A DNA stretch of 64,000 nt. It comes from Chiloscyllium plagiosum (lineage: Eukaryota). The notes under the pieces are model-generated. The model was not told the DNA's origin. It did no database searches and saw only the letters and a program-made list of their open reading frames with translations. Below, piece after piece: positions 22,764-37,077 of the stretch (positions are counted from its first letter, which is position 1; each line of letters opens with the position of its first letter). A program made the position numbers and the translations under genes. The DNA lies in assembly GCF_004010195.1 (NCBI RefSeq), contig NC_057753.1, forward strand, positions 5,963,961 to 6,027,960, read 5' to 3'.

Positions 22764-25700
22764 GTCATTAATTCTATTATGTAGTACTATCAAATTAAAT
22801 AAGAACTGATGAGAACACGAAACACAGCCAGTTAAAGTTAATTGGCGACAGAGGCAATAGAATAATGAATAACCGCGCAGGAGCACAAATTTATGGTAAT
22901 ATTTCAGAAAATAATATTTACATAATTGCTGTGAACTAAGGTAACAAAATCCATAATAAAGACCCAATATCCTTGATTGCCATTTATACAATAGCTTCGT
23001 GCACTAACGAAACTGTATCTACAATACGGTGTGCCGATTGATTCTTATTTATGGAATGCTGTAAATGCGCTTGTAATTGTTCCGTGGAGAATTGTTAGAT
23101 AAATAAAATAGATGGATGGGTATTCTGCGAGCAAGCTTTCTACAGGATACGCTTGTGTCCAATTGGAATTTAAAAGAGTGATCAATTGGTTGAAACATAC
23201 TGAGTGTTACTGACAATTTGCATGTGAAAGAAATACTTCCTCTATGAGGAAATTGTAGGACTGGGTGTCAGAGTTGAAAAATAAGAAGTTGCCCATTTAT
23301 GATAAAATAAGAGCATTTATGACTCACAGGTTTAGTAAATATCTTCACCGAAATTAGCGGAAGTGGAATCGTTGGCCCTTGTAAAGGTACAGGTCGACAG
23401 ATCTTGGGATACTTTGGAATGAAAGATTATTGGGAGTAGGCTGTAATATCGAGTGATCGTGTAACCATGAGTAGCCTGTTGCTAATTTACACGGTTTAGC
23501 TGTTGTATGAGAGGGAAGGAAGGGGTCAGGAGAGATTTTGAGTGTGTCAGTTTAATGGTGTGACAATGCAGTGGTCAGTCTGATACAGGCAGGCATGGAA
23601 ATGCTTTGGCAATAGGGGATATACGAGTATATTTTCAACAACCTATCGTAACGTGTTATATATAAATGTATTTGCAATGTCCTTACAGTTTAAATTAATA
23701 TAAGGGTAGGTGATGGGGAAATATACAACTTATATTAATAGCCACCTACACATTACAGGTTTACTTTGTGTACTTTTGCCTATCTAGGAGCGGCAAAACA
23801 ATGCAATTAACTGGGACAGTGCTTATTGTATCTTTCGGTGAATCAAAATCGGTTTGATCTTACGTAAAAAATGACAAATGAGGTTGTCCTCATCTTTGTT
23901 TTAATTTGTTGCCCCTTATTCTGAAATTATGACCTATTATTCTACCTTACATCAAGTAAGGGTTTTGCACCTTTTCTATGTCTACTTTGTCAATCACTTT
24001 TAGCTTCTTATATTCCTCAATTAGATCTCCTCTTATTTTTCTAACCCCGAGAGAGTCCAAGCCTAAACTGTTAAATAAAACCATTGCCAAATATTTGGCG
24101 TCAAACCAGTGAACGTGCTCTGAATTTTCTCCATCCCTCCTCGAGTAAAGGAACCAATACTGTACGCAATTATCCAACAGAGACAGTTCAATGCTGTTCA
24201 TTGAGACGATCTTTAAAGTTCGCAGTCATTAACAAATTTAAATGCCAGCATCAAGCATGAAAAGATTTAAACAAGTTTCACCGTAGCACATTCTGAGGCT
24301 CAGACGTGTAATTCCGATTATTTCAGCATCACGTCAAAGAATCTTCCTAAAAAAAGCAAAGCTACCAACAACACGGCGCAGTGCAATAACAGCAGAAAAA
24401 AAATCAAACATCATATGTAGAATGACATTATATGATGCATCAATAAATGTAACTGCTCGTTGATTCATGCTCCCTCCGACTCTGGATTTAATCCCTAGTT
24501 CCACTTCAAGGTTCTAATCACGTAGGCATTGCCCTTTGATGACAAGAGCACTGCTTGTCAATGACCACACGGGGGTTTCTCCTTCCAGGTGGTGGAAGTC
24601 CAAATAAAGTTTTCTGCGCTCGTTGTTCCTTCACTCTATCCCAAACCTGTACACGCACACGACACAGGTGCTGGGAGAAATAAGCACTACCACTCTTTGG
24701 TGGTAGTGTGGGGGTTGGGTAGAAAAAAGAAGAAAAAAAGGAAAAGAAAGAAAAAAGAAACCAAGAGCAACATCAAAAACAATACAACCAGGAGATGTAG
24801 AATCTTCTGTGTCCAGGGACTGAATGTGGAGCTGCCTGCCTCAAGCTATTGTACAGCGATCATGCAAATAAAGATTGACATTATGACGGGATACCGGCCT
24901 CTGTACAGTTATTTCATCAGGCAGGCTTACTGCTCTGACATGAAACTTCATGCCGATTTAAACTGAATTTTACTAAATTATTTTGGTCTCCCCGCTTCCA
25001 TTCTTTGTAATTGTTGAGATCACTGACTTCTCTTTTTCAAATATCGACCACATGATTATCCAATGCATCATTTCAAGCACGGAATGAAACCATGCAAACT
25101 TAATAGAAGGCTTTTATCATAATTAAGTCGGCATGTGTAATTTAGATCCAAAATTTAAATGTCGAAATCGTAAAAAAAACTAAGGTTAAGAGCTTTATTG
25201 CATTCGTATGATTAATCTCTGAGTGAGCAGATCTTCGTTTTAATCCTCATACCAAATATTTCAGTTCATTGCTGATGCACAGTGCAACGCTGGTGTGGCT
25301 ACAACAATGATTTTGTTTAACCTTTGAGCATGTTTTTGTTTATGCCATTGTTCTCTTATAAATCTCCTAACATTACCAGCATACCAGGAGTAATCCAAAG
25401 GCTTGTCGTAATGTTCTGAAGAGAAGATTTCAACTTCTCTTCATGAAAGCAGTGGAAGAAGATACACCAAATAATTAAAATGCAAGCATACAGAATAACA
25501 GTCACCGACTGGAAATCATTCTGCATTTTCCTCCAGAGAAGGTTATTTGGTAATACTCCCAAGTCTAGCAGACCTATTTCACAGTATGGTGGTTATCTCT
25601 AGCCTGCCCTTGAGATTGGCTACCAAGCCAAACGCTTAACATTTCTTCAAACATGAAATGTTCTAGCTGTTCTGCAATGCTTTAAAATAGTAGTTGATCA

Positions 25701-26015
25701 CAACATTCTTGGGCTATGCAATCAAAACTGATTTCGTCAGAGATGAACTAATAATGAAATAGTGAAAACTGCTGTGCATTATGGAAATCTGAAACAAAAC
25801 AGAATGGGCATAATGGAAATACTCAGCAAATCAGGATGAATAGACAGAGAGAGAGAATCTGATACAGTTTTTAGATCAAAGACTGGATTAAAGATCGCCC
25901 ATGAAAAAACTCTCAGAAGCAGGCGACATCTCCACAGTATCCTAGTGCAATAATTATTACAGGACAACTGTTCTTGTTCGTTGCCTTCTGCTGGTGGTCC
26001 CAATGTTTCTGACGC

Positions 26016-26224
26016 AAAGTTAAAAATCACACAACACCAGGTTACAGTACAACAGGTTTCATTGAAAACACTAGCTTTCGGAGCGCTGCTCCTTCCTCAG
26101 AAATACCTGATGAAAGAGCAGCGCTTGAAAGCTAGTGCTTCCAAATAAACCTGTTGCATTATAAACTGGTGTAGTGTGACTTCTAACTTTGTACACCCCA
26201 GTCCAACATTGCGTCTCCAAATTA
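26016..26224. mobile_element. Inverted-repeat pLTR-derived element with two opposed hammerhead cores
   Basis: Arms ~26016-26100 and ~26107-26191 are imperfect reverse complements. Plus core CTGATGA..GAAAGCTA; minus core CTGAGGA..GAAAGCTA. Imperfect TSD tttctgacgcaa / tttctgatacaa. Confidence 0.75.
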
Positions 26225-26507
26225 TTTCTGATACAACTAATTGAAAGTGGACCAGGCTAATTGGCCCTATCTTACTGTCAGCATTTGATCAAAATGGGTC
26301 GATCCTGGTCATGTATTGTTGTTCGTAACTTTTAAAAGGATTTCGCCAAGGCTGCAGTATGGTCACTGTGAGAACATTAATATGAGAATATCTTTATATT
26401 CATATCTTTATAAAGACAATGTGGAAGCAACCTTTCTCAAACTAGAAAGTTGCAGAGCCTCAATTTGAAGTCTTCCTTTGCTCAGGTTTAGCTGAAGTGC
26501 CTTTATT

Positions 26508-27143
26508 GGTTGTTAAGAAGGTGTATTGTGTTTTGGCTTTTATTCACAGGGGCGTTGAGGTTAAGAGCTGTAGGTTTTGCTGCAGCTCTAAACATCCCTG
26601 GTTACACCACACTTAGAATATTGTGCCCAGTTCTGGTTGTCTCATTATAGGAAGGATGTAGCTGCTTTAGAGAGGATGCAGGTGTGATTTACCAGGATGC
26701 TGCCTGGATTTGCGGGCTTGGCTTATGAAGAGAGTTTGAGTGAGTTAGGGATGTTCACACTGAAGAGAAGAAGGAAGAGAGATGACTTGATAGAAGTGTA
26801 CAAGGTAATCGGAGGCATAGAGAGAGTAGATAGCATGAGACTTTTCCCCAGGGCAGAAATGGCTGTAACGAGTGGTCATAATTTTAAGGTTATTGGAGGA
26901 AGATAACAGGGGAGAAGTCAGAGGTAGGTTCTTTATGCAGAAAGTTGTGGGTGCGTGGAATGCACTGCCAGCAGTGGTCGTAATGTCAGAGACTTCGGGG
27001 ACATGTAAGCGACTTCTGGACAAGCACATGGACGGCATAAATTGAGGGTCGCGAAGGTCAGGTTGATGTTAAATTAAGATAAATGCTCGGCTCAACATCG
27101 CGGGCAGAAGGGTCTGTACAGAATTGTACTGTTCTATGTTCTA
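26508..27143 (+). mobile_element. CR1 LINE 3' portion
   Basis: HLEYCAQFW, DLIEVYKVI, WNALP, ctgttctatgttcta tail. Confidence 0.87.
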
Positions 27144-28191
27144 CGATGCAACTCTTCGAAATATTGAAGCTGTCGAATCTTTAATTTTTACCATGAGCGA
27201 CACTGAAATCAACTGTTACGTGTTCATTATTTTGGCTTTGATGTCCATTATGATATCTGGTCATTACAATGAATGATGTCTGCCTAAAATGGTCCTCACA
27301 ATTATGGTAAGCGTGTAACAGAGCATTTAAATCAATGCAATCCCCTCCTTCAAAGATATCCGTCCACGCATCTATCCAGCCATGCATCTGTTTAAATATC
27401 TATCTGTGAAGCTATTGATCTTGCCATCTATCTGTGTAACATGTCTGCTTACTTAAGACAAATACAGCATTCAATGCCCCCTGCTCTTGAAAGACTTTCG
27501 ATTTAAAGCGGTTGTTTTTTTTCTTTCACGGTTGTTTCTCGACCTATTGAATGTTTCCAGCATAAATATATCTGCCACAGCACCAGGAGCGCACTCTGCT
27601 CTCATGTCGTTTCCCTGGCAGTGCCAGAGCAACAATGACGTCATTAAAAATGTTAACCTTTGTCCAAGCGAAACAAAGGTCTGCACGTTTGGTGATGGGA
27701 GATTAAGCTGAAGGTTGCTACGGCTCAACCGAGGGGAGAGGGTAAGATGGAATGACCTTTCTGGCAACCTCAGCTGTTGCAGGAAATGAGGCTAGGCTAG
27801 TGACGTGGCTTTTACGAACGATCTGTCGAGCTTATTGAACTATCTGAACCCATGTTGTTTTGTTGACAAAGACAACTTCTTGAGCAAAGCTTAACAATAA
27901 AGTTCAGGCTACTCTTTTTTTAGATGTGCATAATGAATTACACCTTTTATGTGTTCAATGCATCTACTGTCGCTATACACCACGTTTCTGGCCACTCATT
28001 AAATAATACATTATTAGGAAATTCAGTAAAAGCAATTCTCGAAGTTCAGGAAGGAGAAGTCATTGCAATATTTAGTTTACTGAAACATCGCTGGTGAGAA
28101 AAGAATGATGCTGATCAAACTTTTAAGACATGGTCATGGTAACATGATCGAAACTCATTAGTTCAACGACTGTAAATAATTGTGAAGCCTT

Positions 28192-28275
28192 CTAATTGTG
28201 ACCCTAGTGGATTAACATTAAATATGATTCGAAATTTAAAAATAAATATATCTGTATGTATGTGCAATATATAAA
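28192..28275 (+). promoter_or_regulatory. Putative core promoter of gene A2 (module at 28192-28216, TATATAAA 28268-28275)
   Basis: Positional conservation with A1; TATAAA at 28270 is 55 nt before the ATG. Confidence 0.55.
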
Positions 28276-28324
28276 CAGATTGCACATGCAATCAGGAACA
28301 CAGATCAATATCTCTGATAGAGCA

Positions 28325-28394
28325 ATGCATGTACCGCCCAGAGGTCTCGCATATGCAATATTTTACATAGTGCTTGCAGCTATTGCAGTCCCAG
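28325..28394 (+). CDS. GPR139/GPR142-like GPCR gene A2, coding exon 1 (MHVPPRGLAYAIFYIVLAAIAVP + 1 nt)
   Basis: ATG 28325; donor CCA G|GTAAAG at 28395. Paralog of 5132-5201. Downstream intron is alignable to the A1 intron. Confidence 0.87.
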
Positions 28395-29384
28395 GTAAAG
28401 TACTGTGGCTCACTCAGGTCTATGTTGCAAAATCTGTTGGTAAAACCACATCTGTGAGATTGCCTTTAGTTCTGGACACCATGTCTCGGAACAATGAACA
28501 ATCAATCGCTAAAAGAATTTAATAGACTGGAGTATTGATTTCTGCTGATACAAGGATATAAGTGTCCATTGTTTTGAAATTGTATTTGAAAAAAAAAGAC
28601 ATGAATGTAAGTGTTGCTGGCTGGAGTACCATGTATTATTCTCCCCTAATTGCTTTGAAGGAGGTGTTGGTGAGCTGCTTTCATGAACCAATGGAGTACA
28701 CCCCGTTCTGATGCATCCAAAGTGATGTTCAGGAGTGACTTCTGGAGTCGTAACCAAACACTCACATAGTTTCAAGTTAGGATTCTCTGTAGCTTAGAGT
28801 AGGTTCTTGCAGTGAATGGTTTCTCATTCACTCGCGGCATTTCCTCTTCTGATGGATTGTGTTTGCATATATAGAACGGGCCAAGGAGACTCAGCAAGTT
28901 GTTGGAATGGAGATTGTAAAGGGTAGAAATTTCTAATATTGTGTATAATCTGTTGTAATATGGAAGATTGAAGGTGTTACCTTACATGCTCATTAATCTG
29001 TTTATTATGCCGATTCCTAATTTCTTTGCTAAAGTCTGGCTTTAGAAATTGGATAATTTAGGTTTATGTTTGGATCTGAAAGTGCATTTTTCTTCTAATT
29101 TATTGAGATTATTTCCATTGTTTCTTGTTAATACAAGTTTTTGGACTTTCCTTAAACTGGGTGACGAATAATCAGTGATTTTCTGAATTGCTAATTGATT
29201 ATTATTTTTAAACTATTTGAAATGTTCATGCAATAAGGCAATTTCCTGTCTGTAGGAGTTTAAGTATCGTTTTCATTTACCCACAGTATTTAGCCTGTGC
29301 CAGCTTCACCTTAACTATTTGTATATTTTCTTGTACTACAAACGTAAAAGCGGTGATATAGTAGTGTAAGAAATTAATTAGAAT

Positions 29385-32300
29385 AACAGAATATAGAACA
29401 GTATAGAACAGTACAGGCTCTTCGGCCCTCGACGTTGTGCTGATATTTTATCCTACTCCAAGATCAAACTAACCTGCATCCCCTTAATCTTACTATCATC
29501 AATGTGCCTGTCCAACTGTTCCTTAAATGTTGCTCATGTATCTGACTCTACTACCACTGCTGGTAGTGCATTCCACGCACCCACCACTCTCTGTATAAAG
29601 AACATACCGCTGACGTTTCCTCCAAGCTTTCCTCCAATCACCTTAAAATTATGCCCCGTCGTGATAGCCATTTCCAATCTGGGAAAATGTCTTTGTTTGT
29701 CCATTCCATCTATACCTCTCATCATCTTGCATAACTTTATCAATTCACCTCTCACCCTGCTTCACTCCAACGAGAAAAAGCCATAGCTCTCTCAAACGTC
29801 CTTCTTAAGACCTGCCCTCCAGTCCAGGCAGCATCCTGGTAAATCACCTCTGCAGCCTCGCTGAAGCTTCCACATACTTCCTAAAATGAAGCAACTAGAA
29901 CTGTGTTCCAATTGTGGTCTAACCAGGATTTCATAGAGCTGCAGTATAACCTCGCAGCTTATAAAAGCAATCCCCCTTCTAATGAAAGCCAACGCACCTG
30001 AGACCTTCTAAACAAACCAATCAACTTGAGTGGCAACTTTGAGGGATCTATGGACGTGGACCCCAATATCCCTCTGTTTCTCCACACTGACAAGAATCCC
30101 GCATCTAACACTATAATCTGTATTCATATTCGACCTTCCAAAATGAATGACTTCACATTTTCGCAGTTTGACCTCCATCTCGTAATTCTCAGCCCAGCTG
30201 TGCATATTGTCAATGATCAGTTACACCCTACAGTAGCCCTCGACACTATCCATAACTTCACCAACATTCGTCTCATTTGCAATCATATTAAGCCACTTCC
30301 TCAGGCAAGTTATTTATAAAAATCACAAAGAGCAGAGGTCCCAGATTAGATCCCTGCAGAACACCGCTGGTCAACCAACTTCAAGCTGAATACTTTCCAT
30401 CAACTAACAAACCCTGTCTTCTCTGGACCAACCAATTCTGTATCCAGACAGCCGAATGTCCCTGCATCGCATGCTTCTTTACTTCCTGAATGAGCCTACC
30501 ATGGAGAAACTTATCAAACGCCTTGCTAAAGTTCGTGAACCTGACATCCACTGTTCTACATTCATCAATGCAACCTGTGACATTCTCAATTAATTCAATA
30601 AGGCTTGTAAGGCATGACTTGTCCCTCACAAAGCCAACTTGACTATCTCTAATCAACTATGCTTTTTCAAAACAATCAAGTCCTTTGTCTCAGAATCTTC
30701 TCCAATAATTTGCCCACCACCGACGTAATACTGACTGCTATGTAATTCCCTAGATCAACGCTATTCCCTTTCTTGAAAAAGGGAATAACAGTTGCCATAC
30801 TCCAATCATCTGTGGAGTCCAGTGGACAGTGAAGATGCAGATATCATCGCCAAAGGCTCAGATGTTTCTTCCCTCTCTTCCCATAGCAACTGAGGTCATA
30901 TCCCGTCTGATCCAGACAACTTTTCTATCCTCAGGTTTTTCAAAATTTCCAGCACATCCTCCTTCTTAACATCAACCTGTTCGAGCGTATCAACTCGTTT
31001 CACACTGTCCTCACAAACGACAGATTCCCTCTCACAAGTTAGTACTGAAGCAAATTATTCAATAAACTCCCCCCCCATTGCCTCTGACTACACACGCAAG
31101 TTCCCTCCACTATCGTTGGTCGGTCCTACCCTCACTCTGCAATCGTATTGTTCCTCACATTAGTGTAGAACCTCTTGGGGTTTTTCCTTAATCCTATCCG
31201 CCAAGGCTGTCTCATGCCCTCCTCTATCTCCTCTCAGTCTATTCTTCAATTCCTTCCTGACTATTTTGTAACCTTCTAGAGCCCTGTCTGGTCCTTGCTT
31301 CCCTCAACCTTAAGTAAGCTTCATTCTTCCTCTCAACTAGATGTTACACATCTCTTGTCACCCAAAGTTCCTTCACCCTGTGATCCCTTCCTTGCCTCAG
31401 TGGGACAAACCTATTCACCACTCGCAGCAAGTATTCCTTAAACAACCTTCATATTTGTGACATACATTTAGCTGAGAATATCTGTTCCCAATTTATGCTC
31501 CACAGTTTCTGCCTAATAGCATTGTTTTTCACGCTCTCCCAATTAAATATTTCCCCAAACCCCCGCGTCCGCGCTCTCATCCCTCCCACTGCTGCAATGT
31601 AGTCCGCCCATTCACGAGGTATTTATCAAGAAAACTTACCTTCCGGGTAGCCCCTTGGTCTGCACTCTCACCATTCCCACTGGCGCAATGGAGGCCGTTG
31701 ATGTGGGAGACAAGTTTTTATTTAGATTTTTAAAAAATGTATTCAAATGCTCTTCACAATTTAGAGCAGAGGGGATGGAGGCTAGGACAGTTGCGTGCTC
31801 CCTGTTGCAGAAAGTGGGAGGTAAGACTCACCACTAGTGTCCCTGCTGACCTCACTGCGAGAGGTGCACACGACTCCAGGTCCTCACAGAGCTCGTTAGG
31901 GAAATAGAGCTGGAGCTGGATGAACCTCGGATCATTCTGGAGGCTGTGGGGGTGACAGAGACGGGTTTATAGGCAGCCTATCACACCTAAGTTACAGGAC
32001 AAAGGTAGCTGGGTGACCGCTAGGAGTGGGAACGGGAATAGGTAGACAGATCAGGGACTCCCGTGGCCGTCGCCCTCAATAATAAGTATCCTATTTTGTA
32101 TATTGTTGGGGGAGAGTCACCTACCAGGAGAAAGGCACAGCGACCATGTCTCTGGCACTGAGCCTGTCTCTGTGGTTCAAAAGGGAAGTGGGGAGAATAG
32201 GAGAGAGATAGTGATCGGAGATTCGATGGTGAGAGGAACAGAGAGGAGATTCTGCATTCGCAAACGAGACTGCCGGAAGATATGTTGTCTCCTGCGTGCC

Positions 32301-35045
32301 AGGGTCAGGGATATCTCGAATCGAGTGTAAAAGGATTCTTAAGGGGGAGCGGTCAGAAGTCGTGGTACACGCTGGTACCAATGACATCGTTAGGAAAAAA
32401 AGGATGAGTACGTGAAAAATGAATATAGGGAGTGAGGTTGGTAGTGAAAAGGCAGGACGAGCAGAGTAGTATTCTCAGAATTGTTAGTCATGCCATGGGC
32501 TGGAGAGGCTAGGAACAGAGAGCGAGTACAGTTGAACACAGAGCTGCAGAGCTGTTGTCGGAGAAAGGGCTTAAGATATGTGGATCCCTTGGTTTGACTG
32601 AGGCCAGTTGACAATCCTGAAAAAACAGAATACCTGGCTTCTTTTACATCAGGGAGACAACGCGCAGGCTGGGTGACCACTTTGCGGAACGCTTCTGTTC
32701 AGTCCACAGAAATGTTTCTAAGTTTCCTGTTGCCTGCCATTACACCACACCACTATGTTCCGAGCCAACATCTCTCTCCCTCGGGTTTGCTGTAGTGCTT
32801 CAGCGAGGCTCAGCATCAACTGCAAGGACAGCGCTTCATTTTCGCCTTGGGGACCATGTAAACTGCTGGACTCGATATTGAGTTGAACAATTCAGCAAGG
32901 AGAAAGTGAGCATTGCAGATGCTGGAGAATCAGAGTAGAGTGAGTGTGGTGCTGGGAAAGCACAGCAGGTCATGCAGCACCCGAGGAGCAGGAGAATCGA
33001 TGTTTCGGGTAGGAGCCCTTCATCGGGAATGAGCCCTTCATCTCCTCTGAGGGGCACCAATATGCGGGCATAAGGTTCACGAGAACTGTTCAGGAGGGTT
33101 TAAACTAGTTTCACAGCGGGCTAGCAACTGTAGCTACGGGTCTGAGAATGGAGTCGCTAGTGAAGAGCCAGATACAACGTGCAAAGAGCCTGTGACGAAG
33201 AATAGACAACTGATATGGCAAAGTTGCAGTCACTGTGGTGGTTTGAAGTATCGCTATTTTAATGCAAGGAATATCAGGAATAAGGTTAGCTAACTTTGAG
33301 CATGGATGAGTACTTGGAAATATGGTGCTGCGTTCATTACGTAGACATGAACATTACAGGGGTAATGGTTTCTCGATGTTCCAGGATTTAGATGCTTCAA
33401 AAGGATTAGGGTGGGAGGTACAACAGCTGTGGAAGTGGCATTACTAATTAGGGATGGTATCACAGCTGTGGAAAAGGAGGTCACCGAGGAAAGTTTATCA
33501 ACAGAGTCAGTATGGGTGGACTTCAGAAAGAGGAAAGGGGCAATCACTTTATTGGGAGATTTCCACAGACCCTCCAAAGCAACAGAGACACAGAAGATCA
33601 AATTGCGAGATAGACTTTGCAAAGTAGCAGGGTTGTTGTCATGGGTGACTTTAACTTCTCGAATATTGACTGGAACCTCCTTAGTTCAAATAGTTTGGAT
33701 GGAGCATTTTTGTCAGGTGTGTCCAGGAAGGACTCTTGGTACTGAATCAGGCTAGGTGGCAAATCTCGCAGTGGGAGAGCATTTCAGAAATAGTGATCGC
33801 AACTCCCTGACCTTCACTATCGTCACGGAGAGGGATAAAGAGCAGAAAGTATGGGAAATCTTTAATTGGCAGAAAGGGAATTACAATGCTATTAGGCCAG
33901 AACTGGTGCGCCGAAATTCGCAACAGATATTCTCAGGAAAATTTACGATAGAAATGTGAAGATCATTTAGGGAGCACTTGGTAATAGTGCTGGATAGGTT
34001 TGTCCCACAGAGGCAAGGAAGGTACGGTAGGGTAAAAGATACTTGGATGACAAGAGATGTGGAATATCTAGTCAACAGGTTTAAGAAAGCTTACTGAAGG
34101 TTGAGGAAGCAAGGATCAGAAAGGCCTCAAGAGGGTTGCAATGTAACCAGAAAGAAACTGAGCAATGAATTCAGAAGAGCTAAAAGAGGACCCGAAAAAG
34201 CCTTGGTGGGTAGAATTACGGAAAACTCTAAGGCATTCTACACTACCATGAGATATAAGGGATTGGCTAGAGTGAGAGTAGGACCCAACCTCGACTACCT
34301 CCCTTTCTGCAGCTGTTATATTATCCCTGATTATCAATATCACTCCCTCACCTCTTTTACCTTCCTCCTTATACCTTTAGAAACTTCCGGACGCCATACC
34401 ATCCAACAAACATTCCTGCCCCTGTAATGTCTATGTCTCCATAATGGCCACAACATCGTATTCCGAGTAGTGATCCATACCCTAAATACATCAGCCTTAT
34501 CTCTGCCACTTACTGCGTTAAAATAGGCACACTTCAATCCATCACAATCACAGCAAGTTTGCTCTGTCAGCTGTCCATCCATCCTTCCAGACTCTCTGCA
34601 TCTCTCTGTTCACCAGCTACCACCTACTCTGATCCATAGCTCCAGTTCCCATCTCCCTGCCAAACTAGTTTAAAGCCTCCCGAAGAGCGATATAAAACCT
34701 CCCCTGCAGAATATTGGCACCACTCCAGTTCAGGTGCAACCCGTCCTCGTACAGGTCCCAACTTCCCAAGAGTGTTCCCAAGTATCCGCATATCTGAACC
34801 CCTGTCTCCAACACCAGTTCTGCAACTACATTTTCAGATGCACTTACTCTGTCTTTCTAGCTTTGCTAGCCTGTGACATCAGTAGCAATCTTAAGACTAC
34901 TACTCTGGCTCATCCTGCCTGTGAGCTTCCAACCTAACTCCCTACATTAAAGTTTCAGATCCTGCTCCATTTTCTGAACTATGTCATTCGTACCAATGCG
35001 TACCACAACTTCTGGCAGCTCACCCTCCCCCTTCAAGGTCTCCCT
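29385..35045. mobile_element. Composite CR1 insertion in the A2 intron: minus-strand CR1 (29385-31560 and 34290-35045) enclosing a plus-strand CR1 5' part (ORF1 esterase + EN, ~31760-34290)
   Basis: Minus RT ORFs (FSKAFDK, KCEVIHFG, WNALP); plus ORF1 zinc-finger/coiled-coil and IVIGDSMVRG (SGNH). Absent from the aligned A1 intron; TTAGAAT at both junctions (29378, 35046). Confidence 0.85.
32630..33045. mobile_element. Penelope-like GIY-YIG C-terminal fragment (+) followed by an oppositely oriented pLTR with degenerate hammerhead (-), nested in CR1
   Basis: Plus strand resembles YI.ET.RRLGD.FAE...PVACH...QR.IF.LGT...GL.IE.NN. 32899-33030 is the ggagaaagtgag..gatgctggag repeat with minus-strand ccgatgaagggctcctacccgaaac. 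Confidence 0.7.
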
Positions 35046-35169
35046 TTAGAATTATGCTTAGCGCCCAGTGAATATCTTTATCATGTGCGGAAACTTAATA
35101 TAATACAGATCAGATATAATACTTAATCTGTAAATCTATTCATAACCGTTTGTCTCTTTAATCTTACAG

Positions 35170-36071
35170 TTAATTTTGTGGCAGTTGTGATACTCTCCAG
35201 AGGAAGGTGCGGTCTCTCTAAATGTATCACAAGATACCTCGTATCTATGGCGATTACCGATCTTCTAGTCATTATCACCGCTGTGATATTAAACCGCATT
35301 CCTGGTATTTATTTTCCAGGCAGTTTTCTGTCTATTACTCCAGTGTGCAGTATGGGCGCTACATTAATTTTTGCCTCTAGAGACAGTTCTGTATGGCTAA
35401 CAGTCACTTTCAGTTTTGACCGGTTTATAGCCATTTGTTATCAGGATCTGAAAGTAAAATATTGCACAGAGAAAACGGCAACTTGGGTGATAGTAATGGT
35501 CTGCATCCTTTGTTGTTTGAAAAATATCCCCTGGTATTTTATTCATGAACCTGTCTACACAATTGGCAATGTCCCATGGTATTGTAGATTAAAAGATGTA
35601 CTCTACACTTCAGTTGTATGGAGAGTAGTTGATTGGGCTGACCGCATTATAAATCCATGTCTCCCATTTCTTCTGATTCTTATATTCAATGCTGTCACCG
35701 TTAGGCATATTCTTGCAGCCAGTACAGCACGGAAAAGACTCATGGTCCACAAAAAGGAATGCAACCAAAATGACTCCGAGATGGAGAGCAGGAGAAAGTC
35801 CATCGTTTTACTCTTTACCATCTCTGGCTGTTTCATCCTGTTGTGGCTGACGTACATTATCCACTTTATTTATGACCGATTTACAACTGACAACCAAATC
35901 AATGGTTTCACTGACCCCAAGTTCATTTTTCGTGAATGTGCAAATATGCTTCAGCTTTTGAGTTGTTGTACAAACACTTTTATTTATGCTGTGACTCAGA
36001 GTAAATTCAGGGCACAATTAATTAACATGTTACAAAAGCCACTGACTCTAATAGGTAACTTGCTCAAATAA
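35170..36071 (+). CDS. GPR139/GPR142-like GPCR gene A2, coding exon 2 (spliced product 323 aa)
   Basis: TTACAG acceptor ending 35169; intact ORF 35178..36071, close paralog of A1 (FDRFIAIC, PWYC, NTFIY). The 6775-bp intron is inflated by a LINE insertion. Confidence 0.92.
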
Positions 36072-37077
36072 TGAATTAAGAAAAATAAAAAGCATTCCAC
36101 AATATCTCTTTGCGTATCCTTTGTCGTCTTCAGATGCTGGCAACCAAAGTTTTGTTTTGGTTTTGTTTGTCTTTCATTTGATAGTGTTGCATTAATCGAC
36201 CATGCAAAAATGGGTTGTGATCATAGAGCACAATTTATGATATATTCCTGAGCCGGAAATAAAACAAAAAAGAATGTTATTATCATGTGATCTTAGTCCA
36301 TCAATGACAGAACTGGTGCAATTTCCTGCCAGGTGACGTTCCATGTCAACGACGTGATCGTTAAATTTCCCAACAAAATACAATCCCAAAAACCTTAGCA
36401 AATGATTTACTGACGATTAGGCATCCGAGTTCCAGCATCTTACAGTGAGCTTTGCAAGGGTTAGTTTGAGTTGCTACTGTGCCGTCTAGAATTCTGCAAA
36501 AATCTTGATTCCAGTGTCGATCAAGTAGTTTCATCCTGAGGTAATTGATATGCTGTCTGTATTTTATGTGTGTTTGTATATCAACAACAGCTATTCGTTG
36601 ATTCTGGAATGAAGATTTAACTATTTAGAATTAACTAGGATCTGTTTGATATGTGTTGCTTGAGAAATAAACATTTCCAAGGCAATGTTCAAAATGGAAG
36701 GACGCTAAAAGTATGTCTCAATCTACTAATAAAAAGAAAATCATGGTTTGTGTTTGTTTTTCTTTCTTCATATATATGACATATTTGACATTTGAAGTGT
36801 TTCCTATTAATTCCAGTCATTCCGAATCCGTGCAATGCTGAAATCGAAAATGCATTCGACGTTTAGGGAGAACTTGGTAGGTAAAGGACAGAAAACTGAT
36901 CATGCTTTCTTACGTCATGCTAAAATAATAAATCCAAGCGAATCCTGTAACTTAAGGTCAATTTTATATAATTTTATATACTGTTAACAAGAGGTGAGAT
37001 TACCTTTAACATGATACTATAGGCTGCTTGAAGAATATGAGTTACATTGCGACGTTGTGTGACACAATATCATTTAA

